From contig OZ059894.1 in NCBI GenBank assembly GCA_964057225.1, positions 10,726,001-10,790,000 on the forward strand: a stretch of DNA of 64,000 bases. Reading direction: 5' to 3'. The notes beneath the pieces were generated by a model. It was not told the DNA's origin, ran no database searches, and was given only the letters and a program-made list of their open reading frames with translations. Positions 53,001 to 64,000 of this stretch are shown here, piece by piece. Origin of the DNA: Auanema rhodensis (taxonomy: Eukaryota > Animalia > Nematoda). Made by a program: the position numbers and the translations under genes. The first letter of the stretch is position 1; the number at the start of each line of letters is the position of its first letter.

Positions 53001-56000
53001 AAGGATGGATATGTTTTATAAAATTGAGCATTAGCACGTAAACGCACGAGAATATTATGTATAGCGCAAGAGAGAGCAGTAGAAAACACAAAACAACAGG
53101 TACATACACGATAAGAAAGAAAACTATAAAAAAAAGCTAGATCATACTGAATTGTACAAGAACAGAGAGCAGGAAGTGAAGAAGGATGGTTATGTTATAT
53201 AAAATTGAGCATTAGCACGTAAAGGCACGAGAATATTATGTATAGCGCAAGAGAACTCAAAATATCAGGAAAGCGGAAGAGAATACAAGAGCATATTGTA
53301 TCGTACACGAACAGAGCGCAGAAAATGCTGAAGGAAGAAAACGCAGAGAATACTGTTATATATAGCGCAAGAGAGCGGAATAGAAAACACAAAAAAACAG
53401 GAACATACACGATAAGAAAGAAAACTATAAAAAAACGCTAGATCGTATTGTATCGTGCAGGAACACAGAGCAGAAAGTGAAGAAGGATAGATATGTTTTA
53501 TAAAATTGAGCATTAGCACGTAAACGCACGAGAATATTATGCATAGCGCAAGAGAATACAGAATAACAGGAGAGCGCAAGAGAATACAAGAGCATATTGT
53601 ATCGTACACGAACAGAGCGCAGAAAATGCTGAAGGATGAAAACGCAGAGAATACTGTTATGTATAGCGCAAGAGAGAGCAGTAGAAAACACAAAACAACA
53701 GGAACATACACGATAAGAAAGAAAACTATAAAAAAACGCTAGATCATATTGTATCGTGCAGGAACAGTGAGCAGAAAATGAAAAAGGATGGATATGTTTT
53801 ATAAAATTGAGCATTAGCACGTAAACGCACGAGAATATTATGTATAGCGCAAGAGAACTCAAAATATCAGGAAAGCGGAAGAGAATACAAGAGCATATTG
53901 TATCGTACACGAACAGAGCGCAGAAAATGCTGAAGGATGAAAACGCAGAGAATACTGTTATATATAGCGCAAGAGAGCGCAAGAGAGCGCAACAGAAAAC
54001 ACAAAAAAACAGGAACATGCCCGAGAAGAAACAAAACTGTAAAAGAACGCTAGATCATACTGAATTGTATAGGAACAGAGAGCAGAAAGTGAAGAAGGAT
54101 GGATATGTTTTATAAAATTGAGCATTAGCACGTAAACGCACGAGAATATTATGTATAGCGCAAGAGAGAGCAGTAGAAAACACAAAACAACAGGAACATA
54201 CACGATAAGAAAGAAAACTATAAAAAAACGCTAGATCATATTGTATCGTGCAGGAACAGTGAGCAGAAAATGAAAAAGGATGGATATGTTTTATAAAATT
54301 GAGCATTAGCACGTAAACGCACGAGAATATTATGTATAGCGCAAGAGAACTCAAAATATCAGGAAAGCGGAAGAGAATACAAGAGCATATTGTATCGTAC
54401 ACGAACAGAGCGCAGAAAATGCTGAAGGAAGAAAACGCAGAGAATACTGTTATATATAGCGCAAGAGAGCGGAATAGAAAACACAAAAAAACAGGAACAT
54501 ACACGATAAGAAAGAAAACTATAAAAAAACGCTAGATCGTATTGTATCGTGCAGGAACACAGAGCAGAAAGTGAAGAAGGATAGATATGTTTTATAAAAT
54601 TGAGCATTAGCACGTAAACGCACGAGAATATTATGTATAGCGCAAGAGAACTCAAAATATCAGGAAAGCGGAAGAGAATACAAGAGCATATTGTATCGTA
54701 CACGAACAGAGCGCAGAAAATGCTGAAGGAAGAAAACGCAGAGAATACTGTTATATATAGCGCAAGAGAGCGGAATAGAAAACACAAAAAAACAGGAACA
54801 TGCCCGAGAAGAAACAAAACTGTAAAAGAACGCTAGATCATACTGAATTGTACAGGAACAGAGAGCAGAAAGTGAAAAAGGATGGATATGTTTTATAAAA
54901 TTGAGCATTAGCTTGTAAACGCACGAGAATATTATCTATAGCGCAAGAGAGCGTAACAGAAAACACAAAAAAACAGGAACATGCCCGAGAAGAAACAAAA
55001 CTGTAAAAGAACGCTAGATCATACTGAATTGTACAGGAACAGAGAGCAGAAAGTGAAGAAGGATGGATATGTTTTATAAAATTGAGCATTAGCACGTAAA
55101 CGCACGAGAATATTATGTATAGCGCAAGAGAGAGCAGTAGAAAACACAAAACAACAGGTACATACACGATAAGAAAGAAAACTATAAAAAAAAGCTAGAT
55201 CATACTGAATTGTACAAGAACAGAGAGCAGGAAGTGAAGAAGGATGGTTATGTTATATAAAATTGAGCATTAGCACGTAAAGGCACGAGAATATTATGTA
55301 TAGCGCAAGAGAACTCAAAATATCAGGAAAGCGGAAGAGAATACAAGAGCATATTGTATCGTACACGAACAGAGCGCAGAAAATGCTGAAGGAAGAAAAC
55401 GCAGAGAATACTGTTATATATAGCGCAAGAGAGCGGAATAGAAAACACAAAAAAACAGGAACATACACGATAAGAAAGAAAACTATAAAAAAACGCTAGA
55501 TCGTATTGTATCGTGCAGGAACACAGAGCAGAAAGTGAAGAAGGATAGATATGTTTTATAAAATTGAGCATTAGCACGTAAACGCACGAGAATATTATGC
55601 ATAGCGCAAGAGAATACAGAATAACAGGAGAGCGCAAGAGAATACAAGAGCATATTGTATCGTACACGAACAGAGCGCAGAAAATGCTGAAGGATGAAAA
55701 CGCAGAGAATACTGTTATGTATAGCGCAAGAGAGAGCAGTAGAAAACACAAAACAACAGGAACATACACGATAAGAAAGAAAACTATAAAAAAACGCTAG
55801 ATCATATTGTATCGTGCAGGAACAGTGAGCAGAAAATGAAAAAGGATGGATATGTTTTATAAAATTGAGCATTAGCACGTAAACGCACGAGAATATTATG
55901 TATAGCGCAAGAGAACTCAAAATATCAGGAAAGCGGAAGAGAATACAAGAGCATATTGTATCGTACACGAACAGAGCGCAGAAAATGCTGAAGGATGAAA

Positions 56001-58500
56001 ACGCAGAGAATACTGTTATATATAGCGCAAGAGAGCGCAAGAGAGCGCAACAGAAAACACAAAAAAACAGGAACATGCCCGAGAAGAAACAAAACTGTAA
56101 AAGAACGCTAGATCATACTGAATTGTATAGGAACAGAGAGCAGAAAGTGAAGAAGGATGGATATGTTTTATAAAATTGAGCATTAGCACGTAAACGCACG
56201 AGAATATTATGTATAGCGCAAGAGAACTCAAAATATCAGGAAAGCGGAAGAGAATACAAGAGCATATTGTATCGTACACGAACAGAGCGCAGAAAATGCT
56301 GAAGGAAGAAAACGCAGAGAATACTGTTATATATAGCGCAAGAGAGCGCAAGAGAGCGCAACAGAAAACACAAAAAAACAGGAACATGCCCGAGAAGAAA
56401 CAAAACTGTAAAAGAACGCTAGATCATACTGAATTGTATAGGAACAGAGAGCAGAAAGTGAAGAAGGATGGATATGTTTTATAAAATTGAGCATTAGCAC
56501 GTAAACGCACGAGAATATTATGTATAGCGCAAGAGAGAGCAGTAGAAAACACAAAACAACAGGAACATACACGATAAGAAAGAAAACTATAAAAAAACGC
56601 TAGATCATATTGTATCGTGCAGGAACAGTGAGCAGAAAATGAAAAAGGATGGATATGTTTTATAAAATTGAGCATTAGCACGTAAACGCACGAGAATATT
56701 ATGTATAGCGCAAGAGAACTCAAAATATCAGGAAAGCGGAAGAGAATACAAGAGCATATTGTATCGTACACGAACAGAGCGCAGAAAATGCTGAAGGAAG
56801 AAAACGCAGAGAATACTGTTATATATAGCGCAAGAGAGCGGAATAGAAAACACAAAAAAACAGGAACATGCCCGAGAAGAAACAAAACTGTAAAAGAACG
56901 CTAGATCATACTGAATTGTACAGGAACAGAGAGCAGAAAGTGAAGAAGGATGGATATGTTTTATAAAATTGAGCATTAGCACGTAAACGCACGAGAATAT
57001 TATGTATAGCGCAAGAGAGAGCAGTAGAAAACACAAAACAACAGGTACATACACGATAAGAAAGAAAACTATAAAAAAAAGCTAGATCATACTGAATTGT
57101 ACAAGAACAGAGAGCAGGAAGTGAAGAAGGATGGTTATGTTATATAAAATTGAGCATTAGCACGTAAAGGCACGAGAATATTATGTATAGCGCAAGAGAA
57201 CTCAAAATATCAGGAAAGCGGAAGAGAATACAAGAGCATATTGTATCGTACACGAACAGAGCGCAGAAAATGCTGAAGGAAGAAAACGCAGAGAATACTG
57301 TTATATATAGCGCAAGAGAGCGGAATAGAAAACACAAAAAAACAGGAACATACACGATAAGAAAGAAAACTATAAAAAAACGCTAGATCGTATTGTATCG
57401 TGCAGGAACAGTGAGCAGAAAATGAAAAAGGATGGATATGTTTTATAAAATTGAGCATTAGCACGTAAACGCACGAGAATATTATGTATAGCGCAAGAGA
57501 ACTCAAAATATCAGGAAAGCGGAAGAGAACACAAAATAACAGGAGAGTGCAATAGAATACAAGAGCATATTGTATCGTACAGGAACAGAGCGCAGAAAAT
57601 GCTGAAGGATGAAAACGCAGAGAATACTGTTATGTATAGCGCAAGAGAGCGCAACAGAAAACACAAAAAAAAACAGGAATATGCCCGAGAAGAAAGAAAA
57701 CCATAAAAAAAACGCTAGATCATACATGAGAATACTATTTAGTATAGCGGAAGAGAGCGCAACAGAAAACACAAAAAAAACAGGAACATGCCCGAGAAGA
57801 AACAAAACTGTAAAAGAACGCAAGAGTATATTGTATCGTACATCAAAAGAGAGGAGAAGAAAGAGCAGAAGGATGGTTAAGTTATATAAAAGTGAAAATA
57901 AGAATGTAAACGCAGGAGAATACCATGATGTTTAGCGTAATAAAAACAACAAACTACAGGAACATTAAAGAGAAGAGACAAAACTATAAAAGAATACAAA
58001 AGAATACAAGTGTATGTAGTATCTCAAAAGAAAGTGTAGTAGCATGGACACGTTAATTAAAAGTTAAAAGAAGAACACAAACGCACGATAATACCATGAT
58101 GTGCAAGAGAGTGCAAGAGACCAGAGAGAAAACAAAACTGCAGGAGAGCGCAAGAGAATACAAGAGCATATTGTATCGTGCAGGAACAGTGAGCAGAAAA
58201 TGAAAAAGGATGGATATGTTTTATAAAAATGAGCATAAGCACGTATACGAACGAGAATATTATGTATAGCGCAAGAGAGTGCAAGAGAGCGCAACAGAAA
58301 ACACAAAAAAAAACAGGAACATGCGCGAGAAGAAACAAAACAGTAAAAGAACGCAAGAGTATATTATGTATAGTGCAGAGAAAACAAAACTTCAGAAGAG
58401 CGCAAGAGAATACAAGAGCATATTGTATCGTACAGGAACAGAAAGCAGAAGAGAATGCTAAAAAAATATGGCATTGCACAGAAAAAAATACAATTAAACG
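44030..58500. repeat. ~14.5-kb satellite array of 181-bp and 301-bp monomers (variants 179/189/191/311/339) with higher-order repeats
   Basis: The anchor CTAGATC recurs at 44139, 44440, 44741, 45043, 45354, 45545, 45726, 45907, 46098, 46277, 46458, 46797 and onward. Matching ORF offsets show periods of 482, 709, 2058, 2201 and 2683 bp. Both ends are degenerate. Confidence 0.97.
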
Positions 58501-58526
58501 AGTACATTTCTTTGTTTTTTGTTTAT

Positions 58527-58562
58527 AAGTGGCATACTGCCGCTTTATTATTCATTATCTAG
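58527..58562 (+). mobile_element. Candidate Helitron-like 3' terminus (hairpin + CTAG followed by T) at the satellite's right edge
   Basis: aagtggca-tac-tgccgctt (58527-58545), a 13-nt spacer, CTAG (58559-58562), then T. No Rep/Hel sequence seen. Confidence 0.4.
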
Positions 58563-58865
58563 TACGAATTTTTCATTTATTCCATAGCGATAGTTATGTA
58601 TACTATAACTTACTTGAGATTTTTCAAGTGTATGATTCTGTGTATGATTTATTTCCTTTCGTTTTTCAAAAGCTCGATGCGGAAATGATTTTGTAGACAA
58701 TGATGATTTTTAGTGGGTAGTAACTGTAGTTTTCAAAAGTTATAAAAGAATTAGTATAACATAAGATGCTGCAATTGTATTTAAATTATCATAATTCGAG
58801 CATATTTATCAGAAATGGTTGTTAGAATCATGATTTTATTTATTTAACAAATTTCTCAGACGGAG

Positions 58866-59208
58866 TCATAGTTCAAAGCAATCCATGCATTGGGCTCCTC
58901 TCCAACTCAAGCAATCTCTACATCTTCGCAAGAAGCTCTGAAGAATGTTTAAGATTTCGGAAAAAATTAAATCAAATTACTTGGCCTTTTATAGCATCAC
59001 AGTACCAATGACATTCCGCCATCCAATCTTTACATAAAGTTTGAAAACACTGTTTAATCATATTATCCAACTGAATATTTGATTCAAAACATATTTTTAA
59101 GAATTAATTTACCTCGGAAACTGCTTTAACTCCAGTTGGTGGTATGTTGTAGCTATTACCATATATTATACAAGCACTAATAAAAATTACAATGCTATAG
59201 CGAAACAT
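58866..59208 (-). CDS. Small secreted 8-Cys peptide (85 aa), absent from the ORF track
   Basis: Exons 59208-59113, 59070-58981 and 58937-58866, with 42- and 43-nt phase-0 GT-AG introns: MFRYSIVIFISACIIYGNSYNIPPTGVKAVSE|LDNMIKQCFQTLCKDWMAECHWYCDAIKGQ|SFLRRCRDCLSWRGAQCMDCFEL*. Confidence 0.85.
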
Positions 59209-59603
59209 CACGAGAATAATAATGATAGAAATGGGGTGGATAAATATGTATATTCTTCATATTAATTGCCTATCAGTCATTTGTCCTTTAGGCGTTCATC
59301 GGAAAAGAGACAACGGATATTTCTGATTTGATCATGAATGATATGCCGTCACAAGGATTGCGATGTGATACTGTTCGTCCGGTTTAGTCAAATATAAGAC
59401 ATCATATAGTATAATATTTCAAAACTCGTATTGCCACAGTTTACATGTATGTTATATAAAATTTTTCTCATTGATATATTTAATGTAAACAGTCAAGCAC
59501 ATCTTTCTACGATTTCTAAATATCTAAGTTGATGAACAATTTTATCTAAAAATATGATCATAGCAACTTAAAAATCGAAGTCTTGAATACTAATGATTTC
59601 TAT

Positions 59604-60204
59604 TTAGTGTCCTCCAACTTCGACCTCTCCCTCCTTCTTCAATGGGTTATACTTATTGAAGTATTCCTTATCAGCGTTCTTCTGTCTGATTCCGTACCAA
59701 TGTTCAACCTAACGTAAGGAAATTTAAGATCAATATTAAAATGTTAACTAGCTACCTCGTGATGATGATGATTCTCATAACCCTGAGCATATTGAATATG
59801 ATGACGTGGCTTAACTGAAAATAGTTATTAATTTCAAAATAATATTCAGGAGAAGCAGCTTACGAGGAAGGACAAACTTATAAACTCCGTAGAGAATTAC
59901 TCCAGAGTAGATATAAAAACGGAAAACAGGAAGAAATTTCCAGCAATGACGCCATGACCACATACGGATCTAAAATTTCATATTTGAAAAACTAAATCTT
60001 TGATAACTCACATATTCTTGTGCAGTCCATGGTCTAGCCATCATTCTTGGATGAAGTTCAGAAGCTGGAACTGGAGCATTAGTAGCAGCTACAGCCTATA
60101 AATTACTTATCACACAGCATTTTAAATAAAAAATAAACCTTAGCAGCTCCGCAAGCGGTTTCAGCGGTCCATTTAGCTGCTCCAAAAACCTTCGCGACTA
60201 CCAT
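59604..60204 (-). CDS. Small single-pass membrane protein (~139 aa, 5 exons), possibly mitochondrial inner membrane; absent from the ORF track
   Basis: MVVAKVFGAAKWTAETACGAAK|AVAATNAPVPASELHPRMMARPWTAQEY|IRMWSWRHCWKFLPVFRFYIYSGVILYGVYKFVLP|LKPRHHIQYAQGYENHHHHE|VEHWYGIRQKNADKEYFNKYNPLKKEGEVEVGGH*. All junctions are GT-AG and in frame. Localisation is a guess. Confidence 0.8.
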
Positions 60205-60849
60205 AACTACCTACAATAAGAGAATTATTTGCATTTTAAGATAATAAAGGATAATATTATAATAATTTATACTATTATTAATAGCACATCATGCATTTCA
60301 CGTTAAGCCTCATTTTACAAAAATATGTAAACCAGAAAGAGTTCCAAAAACAACAAAATAAATTGGAAATTTAATCAACAAGGCCGCCCGTTTGTGAAAA
60401 TCATGTACAGCTAAGTGTCGCTGCAAGACCTATTGTGTTATAGTCCTTTAATTTCGAAAGGAATAAAGGCTCTGAATTGACACTAACTTATTAAATATAA
60501 TATGTTTCAATTCTTGGAAAAGAGAAAAGAAGTATATAAGTATTAATAGAGTATATATATATGAAATGAAATGAAATATGATAGACAACTATCAACAGAA
60601 ATAATTTTGTTGGTCAGCAAGGTAAATTGTTAAATTTTATGATATTAAAACTTATATCTATCCATTAATTACACTATATTTTTTACTTTGCCTGTTGTGC
60701 TTAAGAATATCTCAAAGCTAATAACGAGCCCAGCCTAGTCAATTCTCTATTGCAATACCCATGTATTGCCTTCTTTCTCTCGGGAGCTTTTCCCCTCTAT
60801 CCTTTTCCGGCAACGCACGAACAAGCATCGATCTCCAATAGCATAATCA

Positions 60850-61665
60850 ATGTCAGGCAGTAAAGGCTTTAAGCTTCAAATAGAAATCAGGTTAGTTATT
60901 TTTGCTAAAAATGATAGATAATTCAAAATTCAAAATAGAAATATCATAATACTTTTAAAAATCATTATGTGCACTTGCTGATCACAAACTCGTATATATT
61001 AGTATTTATTTTAAAGAAAATAACTGTGAAAAAAATATTTTGAGGCAGAGAATTGCAATAAAATATTCTTATATTTTGGACATTTCCAGGCATGCAGATT
61101 CAGGAGAGCCTGTCTCCTTCAAAGTGGATGGTGAACGATTTGAAGGAGGAAATCGAACATTGAAATTTGCTGTTGATACTCGCTATAATATTTCATTTGT
61201 AACAATGCCAACAGCAGAGTTCCAGTTAGTTTCATTTCTTTAGTCTTCAGATATATATATATATATATATATGCATATATTATATTATATACCATACATT
61301 TGAACTTAATCAACGTTTCAGTACATGTAATCTGGCTGGATCAGATATTTCGATTCATAGTGAAGAGTTAAAAAGTGGTAAATACAATGCTCATTGGGAT
61401 ACAAGTGGAATTAATGTTTGCAAAAAAGGAATTCGTGAAAACATTATACTAACATTACAGGTATTTTAATTTTTTTTCCACGTGAAAGCTGCAAGATCTA
61501 ATTTTGTTTAAGGGCCGTTCTGGTATATTAAAAAAACAAATTCAATGCAAGTTTTACGCAAAAGAAGATTCTCATGTAGATTTTGGACACAAACTTAAAA
61601 TATTGGAATGGACTTGTGCTAATGAAGAAGGCAATATAAAAGTGACAGAAGAGAATTATAAGTAA
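60850..61665 (+). CDS. CNRIP1: CB1 cannabinoid receptor-interacting protein 1 (CRIP1a) homolog, 4 exons
   Basis: MSGSKGFKLQIEIRHADSGEPVSFKVDGERFEGGNRTLKF..WDTSGINVCKKGIRENI..IQCKFYAKEDSHVDFGHKLKILEWTC resembles CNRIP1 motifs as I recall them (PVFYKVDGQRFGQNRTIK, YDTEG..KSGER, WQVKFY..DHCQWG..IEYEC). Confidence 0.88.
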
Positions 61666-63028
61666 AATTACTACTTTTGATAATTTTAACTGAAATTAGA
61701 AAAACAATAAGCTTTAAAATACTATCAAACTAATTTATTCATTACTTTTAGAATCTGTAGTTATAGGATTAATTTTTTTTCTGAAATAAAAAACTTAAGC
61801 GTGCATCTAAATAAACTTACTTCATCAGAAGTGGGATACAAAGAGCATGGCTAGTAATTAAATATTTTCCGATGGTTATTTTTTCATAAACTTGATGTGT
61901 CACTGTTTACTTTGAACCTTTTAAAAGTTTTGTTAGTATACCGGTTGGGTGGGTGTTTGAAATTAAGCAGATTTATGATAAAATATGATAAAACTGGGTA
62001 AAAAGTTTATTAACAAGAATATATGTAAACAAAATAAGAATATATTTTTTATACTCGGTCACACATATGCATAAACAAATATATGAACAAGGGTGATAAA
62101 TGAATACAATAACACAATTTTCAACAAAAATAAATTATAGAAGAGTCTATTGTTCATCAGTTGGGTTTTCAAGGTTATAGATGGTGAGAACTAATCTACA
62201 TTAATTCTCACGCAAAAAATAGTGTTGTACTCTGATATGTATCGCTGTATAACCTATTAAGCGAAAGAAGGTGTTGGTTTGGATACAAAGTAAACTTCCA
62301 GTATCAGCACATCAAGGTTGTATGAATCGAATTTCTTAAGAAGTCTTTGAACGTGAAGTCTGATTCCTAAATAATTTTCCATTCGAATATTAGTTTAAAT
62401 TGTAGTAATACTCTTATATTTAAAAAAAAGTTTGATAAGTAAATATACTGAGTCAGAACTGACAGTTCCAAAAGTTTTATATTTAAACACATTCTTAATA
62501 TTTGATGATGACTTTTCGGTTTAGTACGTATTTCTCACTTTAAAGCTCTATTTAATCTGCTGCTCATATAATATATCAAGTTTATGAGTAAATAACTGTA
62601 GTTCAAAAATGATGATTGAACTATAATTATAAAGTTTATGGCATTTTAGTCTATGAAAATTTGAATGCAAGATAAAATTCTACAATACAAGTTCTCCAAT
62701 TAGCAAGCGAAAAATGCTCTCTTGTCATTAATGAATTCTTTGATTTGTTAACACCCCATCGTATCTGAAGCTTTTCTAATTTTCTCAAACATTCTTGGCT
62801 TCTGTTATTGACAAAGTTCGATCCGCTGTGTGTGTGAGAAGTCAAGTTTTCGTTTTCATCTTTATGCCTCCTTGAATCTTGTTATATTTCTCTCTTATTC
62901 CTACCCCTTAACCTGTATTCTACCAAAGCTTTAACGCTGAGTTAGAAAAATCAGTTGTATTCTAACTGATAGAGAAAAAGTGGGAGTGTGAGCTCCTCCT
63001 ACCAAATTCTAGTCCTCCGCTGGCATGC

Positions 63029-63038
63029 TATATATAAA
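63029..63038 (+). promoter_or_regulatory. TATA box
   Basis: TATATATAAA ~55 bp upstream of ATG 63090. Confidence 0.6.
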
Positions 63039-63089
63039 GTCTTTCCTTGTGACTGCTGACGAACTGTTCTATTCAGATCGACCGCGAAA

Positions 63090-64000
63090 ATGAAGATAAC
63101 TGTATTTCTGTTATTCGGCATTTGTCATATTTGCACAACACAACAACGTAAGTTTCCAGAAATATACTTAGGAATAAAACTTTATTGTAGCATGTACATT
63201 AAAGTTTTATATTCATCTATATTAACATGTTCATTAAATAACACCAAATAACAAACATTTTAAATATAATCTCTGTCTCTTTATTTAAGCAAACACATTT
63301 CAAGTAGTTTCATCATCTGTGACTCAGATCTGTTGTAACTTTTACAAAATTTATAATGCAAAGTTAGAACTTCTTATTCACCGAAGAAGAAAGTTCATCT
63401 AATTTTTATGTTCTCTATGTTTTGTTGTCAAGAAAAAGGATGCTTTATTGATTGCAATACTTCAGATTTCTACGGCTCATACTGATATTTTTCATTTCAG
63501 TAGTAACACACTTGGTCTAAAACCTTTAACTATTCCCTACCTTAACACACCTGAATGTTGAAAAAAACTTCGAACTTATTATATTTTTTACAGTTGGACA
63601 AGATAGTAATGGACAATTTATTCAATCTTCACAATTTATTTATACTTCATCTAATAGAGACAATCCCTCCTCGAGTAATGTTCAAAACGTAACCCCAGTG
63701 TTGAGAGATTCACCATCAGGTGGAAGCAACGGAATCTCAACCACATTCCCCCAATATTATGACACAAGCTCACCCTCCGGAATAAATAGCTATTCTTCCT
63801 CCTCTTTTTCTTCAACAACTATGCCAACTTTAATGTATGGAAATCAGCCAGGGTATAGTAATGGGCAGGATCAATCTGGCCAGTTCCAAAACGACCAATA
63901 TGGCTCTCAACAGCCAGGACAAAATAACCAATATTCTCAGCAGGAACAAAACGTAAATGGAGGAAATCAACAATATCAATCCACTAGTAACAATTATCAA
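63090..64000 (+). CDS. Secreted Q/N/S/G-rich (pqn-like) protein, 5' part; runs off the right edge
   Basis: Exon 63090-63147 encodes signal peptide MKITVFLLFGICHICTTQQ. Exon 63594-64000 stays open to the window end: LGQDSNGQFIQSSQF..YGNQPGYSNGQDQSGQFQNDQYGSQQPGQNNQYSQQEQN. Confidence 0.8.

Noticed and set aside
44030-58500. CRISPR-like repeat-spacer array
   Set aside because: Sequence between the anchors is itself repeated rather than unique, the context is eukaryotic, and there are no cas genes.
44029-58528. Dozens of Cys/Phe/Leu-rich (minus) and Lys/Arg-rich (plus) ORFs
   Set aside because: Translations of a strand-asymmetric satellite; no domain, splice structure or consistent frame.

Overview
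AT-rich eukaryotic genomic DNA, very probably from a nematode. This is inferred from TTTCAG splice and trans-splice acceptors, 39-50 nt introns and nematode-type gene families. Most real genes are multi-exon and only partly visible in the ORF track, so I assembled them by hand; homology calls are from memory, not from searches. Left to right: (1) 5' part of a UDP-glucuronosyltransferase (minus, runs off the left edge); (2) striatin/cash-1 (minus); (3) head-to-head with it, a complete alsin/ALS2-type gene (RCC1-like, DH/PH, MORN, VPS9; plus, 6824-39826). Its two giant introns (~8.1 kb and ~18.1 kb) each hold an antisense nested gene: a secreted Cys-rich protein, and an unknown low-complexity protein with an NLS and a DSGxxS degron. 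(4) A 45-bp tandem repeat starts just after the ALS2 stop. (5) Two different mariner elements are fused at a single TA; one is deleted and duplicated back to ~1.27 kb, the other has a one-stop DD34D transposase and two nested 5' TIRs. (6) A ~14.5-kb satellite of 181/301-bp monomers with higher-order repeats ends in a hairpin + CTAG|T that looks like a Helitron 3' end and also has GGC-N5-GCC geometry. (7) Then a 3-exon 85-aa secreted 8-Cys peptide, a small single-TM protein, a CNRIP1 homolog and the 5' part of a secreted Q/N/S-rich protein. No rRNA, tRNA or CRISPR was found.
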